Shown here: one piece after another, positions 61,144 through 64,000 of the stretch
Numbering within the stretch: position 1 is the first letter of the stretch
How the letters are laid out: each line of letters opens with the position of its first letter
From: Okamejei kenojei
Taxonomy: Eukaryota
NCBI GenBank assembly: GCA_035221665.1
Contig: CM069132.1
Location: 118,854,001-118,918,000, forward strand
Direction: 5' to 3'
Length of the DNA: 64,000 nucleotides
Made by a program: the position numbers and the translations under genes
Notes under the pieces: generated by a model
What the model saw: only the letters and a program-made list of their open reading frames with translations
What the model was told of the DNA's origin: nothing
The model's database searches: none

Positions 61144-62217
61144 AAGAGTACTTCTAGAGGAAAAGACGGGCGAAAGTGGGGTTAAATGTGACCGCGTTGA
61201 GAATAGTCTTGAGATTATGAACGCCCAGTGTTATTACAGAGCAACAATTCATTCTCAAGTAGGCAAATGCATAACCAAACAGGGAAATCCAAATTTGTTG
61301 CGAGGGATCCCATTCTCTTTCAAAGTGACCCTGCAATTGTAAACTCATCACTAAGCTTGAAAGTGCAATTATGTAAGGGATCAAATGTGCTATACTTACC
61401 ACTGAACACATAAAGAATTGTAGATAGGACACAAAATGCTAGAGTAACTCAACGGGACAGGCAGCATCGTTGGAGAGAAGGAATGGGTGAAGTTTCGCGT
61501 CAAGACCCCGACCCAAATCTACCCAGAGATGGTGCCTGTCCCACGCAGTTACTTCTCCATTTTGTGTTTATCTTAGGTTTAAACCAGCACCTGCAGTTCC
61601 GTCCTACACATAAAGAATCAGGTTTGTTGTATTTGAAGGAAATTACGAAAATCAAAAGCTGGAGTTACTGAAAAATCTGAAATATAAACAGGATATTCTA
61701 TAAACACTCAACATCCATGGAAAGAGAAACAGAGTTTCGGGTTGAAGTTTGATTATAAGAACAGAACGTGGTATTTCCTGCAGATTCTGCCTTTTGAGGA
61801 AATGCTGGCTCAAAGGGCAGAATGGCCTACTCCTGCACCTATTTTCTATGAAATTTATAACAACATAAATCATAGTCGCTGTCATATAGTCATTCTGGTT
61901 TTGAAAATATAATTTTACAAGTGGCAGAGTCACTTGTAAGCATTAGTGTTCATTTATTTTCCACATGTGATTTAAATCTAATTCATTATTGCTATCGCCT
62001 TATTCTAACTGCCTGTAGAGGTTCTTTGGTCTGATTGGTTGAAGCAGGCCACTGTTCATTTGCCTGCTGACAGATGTTGCCAATTCCCTCAGAGAGTGCT
62101 GCTTTGGATCAGCCGCTGCATGAATTCATTTGTTCCCGAAAGACCACAAATACTGGCAATTATCAGAACAATGAGTGGCAAAGCGTAGTTTCTTTGTTCT
62201 CGCTGCAAACCCAGTTG

Positions 62218-62575
62218 TAGAGTCATAGAGTCTTACAGCATGGAAACAGGCCCTTCGGCCCAGACTGGCCAACATATCCCATCCACACTAGTCCAATCTG
62301 TCTGCATACGGCCCATATCCCGCTACACCTGTCCTGTCGATGTACCTGTCTAAATGTTTCTTAAACGTTGTGATAATACCTATCTCAACTACCTTCTGTG
62401 GCAGCTTGTTCCATACAGCTAGCACATTTTGCATGCAAAAGTGACATCTCAACTTCCTTTCAAATCTTTCACCCCTCACCTTGAACCTATGTCCTCTGGT
62501 TCTTGATTCCCCTGCTCTGAGCAAGAGACCCTGTGTGTCTACCCGATCTATTCCTCTCATGATTTTGTACACCTC
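62218..62575 (-). mobile_element. CR1 3' end
   Basis: ORF 62288-62572 has YKIMRGIDRV..AVWNKLPQ; tagagtcatagagtc tail. Confidence 0.9.
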
Positions 62576-62844
62576 ATTGCCATGGCACGATCATTGCTTT
62601 CTGCTTTTCAATACCTTGGCTGAAATCAGGAATTTGCAGTCATTAAAGTCTGAGCCTGCTGCTGGGCCATGCAATTAGATATTATATTAAGGGAAAAGAA
62701 TAATCATCCTGGACTTCTGCCATTCTGTAATGTTTTGAACATCAGTCAATATGGCCTTTCAACTCATACCCTCACCTACTGTGTCCCAGGTAATGCATCC
62801 AACAGGAACACATGCACGAGTTATTATGCATCAGTCCACTGAGT

Positions 62845-63090
62845 CCTTGCCCACTAGCGATCCCCGTACATTAGCACTATCCTACATGCCAGGGACAGTC
62901 CAGTCTTTACATAAGCCAATTAATCTACAAACCTGTACATCTTTGGAATGTGCGAGGATACAGGTGGATCCAGGGAATCCACGCGGTCATGGGGAGAACG
63001 TATAAACTACGTACAGACAGGATGCGTTGACAGGATCAAACCCGGTTCTCTGACGCTGTAAGGCAGTAACTCTACATCTGAGCCATCGTT
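62845..63090 (-). mobile_element. tRNA-derived SINE
   Basis: Reverse complement of the 42106-42345 family. Confidence 0.8.
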
Positions 63091-64000
63091 CTGCCCATTC
63101 TGCATATGTTTGTCCAGTTTGTAGGTGTGAATGTGCACATCATTCCAAAAGCCGTGGAAAGTTGGATAACAATAACATGTTTTGGAATTCATGTCTGCTT
63201 TATAAATAAAGTGGCTTGAAATGAATTTCATACCACAGAGTGGCATGAGTTGCAGAGTTGCTCTGATCCAGCTATATATTTCAATGAGCTCTGCAGGGCC
63301 ATTTCAGTTTATCTCTGCAGATAGCCATATCAGAGAAAGTTGTTACACTTCCTGCAGAGGAAGCTGTTACACTACTCTCACTGACTATCCTTGCTAGCAT
63401 TCAGGCACATAATTTCTTGCATATGTGAGCTTCTCATATTTGTGGGAAATCAGTTTGAATTTTACTTATTTCATCTGATCACTGTAACAAATGGGGATGG
63501 AGAGGAGAGAGAAATTCCAGACATTCTCTGCCCTTTAACAGTCGAAAAATATTCATATCAAGAGTGTGTGGTTTGCACGTTCATATGTTTTTGATCAAAA
63601 GAGAAAGCTTAAACTGTTTCTTACCATGCAGGTCTGGATCAAATTACAGAATTACACTTCTTATGTTATCATGCTGTGATAAATCATCATTCAAATCATG
63701 TTCTTTTTTCTCATAGCCTTCTTTCTTGATAGTCCCAGAGCATTCTGTACTTTTTGCTCAAATTCTCTGCTAAAAATAAAATGCTTGCAGTTTTTCAATG
63801 ACTTTGTCTCTACTGATACTAAAGGGACATGACCCTGCAGTATCTCTGTGGTAAGAACATGCTTGCTTGCCTCCAGTAAATTTTGGAACCCACCATGGGC
63901 GGCATTGAGTATTGAACCAGTGCCCACCAGCTAATAAATTTATGAAATGACATATTGCAGCATCAGTGCTTTTTCCATTAATTTTTTTGACATTGAATTT

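Overview
This is eukaryotic vertebrate DNA, almost certainly from a cartilaginous fish such as a skate or ray. That assignment is inferred from the repeat mix: dense CR1/HER1-type LINEs, Penelope-like elements, tRNA-derived SINEs and Rex1/Babar LINEs. The window is mostly transposon-derived intronic or intergenic sequence, and no host gene can be identified with confidence (only 2-3 weak exon candidates). The main structure is a pair of DIRS-type tyrosine-recombinase retrotransposons, both on the minus strand. The first (46567-51498) has near-intact termini and internal complementary region (ICR) but a decayed interior carrying a ~91-bp tandem array and a family of small hairpins. The second (52088-56729) has readable gag, RT, RNaseH-methyltransferase and YR ORFs. 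Other notable items: many short Penelope-derived insertions with hammerhead-ribozyme-like cores and TSDs; a non-autonomous Helitron (39680-40903) inside one arm of an old ~1.1-kb inverted duplication; a TIR element with a 6-bp TSD that holds an L1/Tx1 fragment; a diverged tandem duplication; and a probable ancient Gypsy remnant. All calls were made by eye, so boundaries of decayed repeats are approximate.
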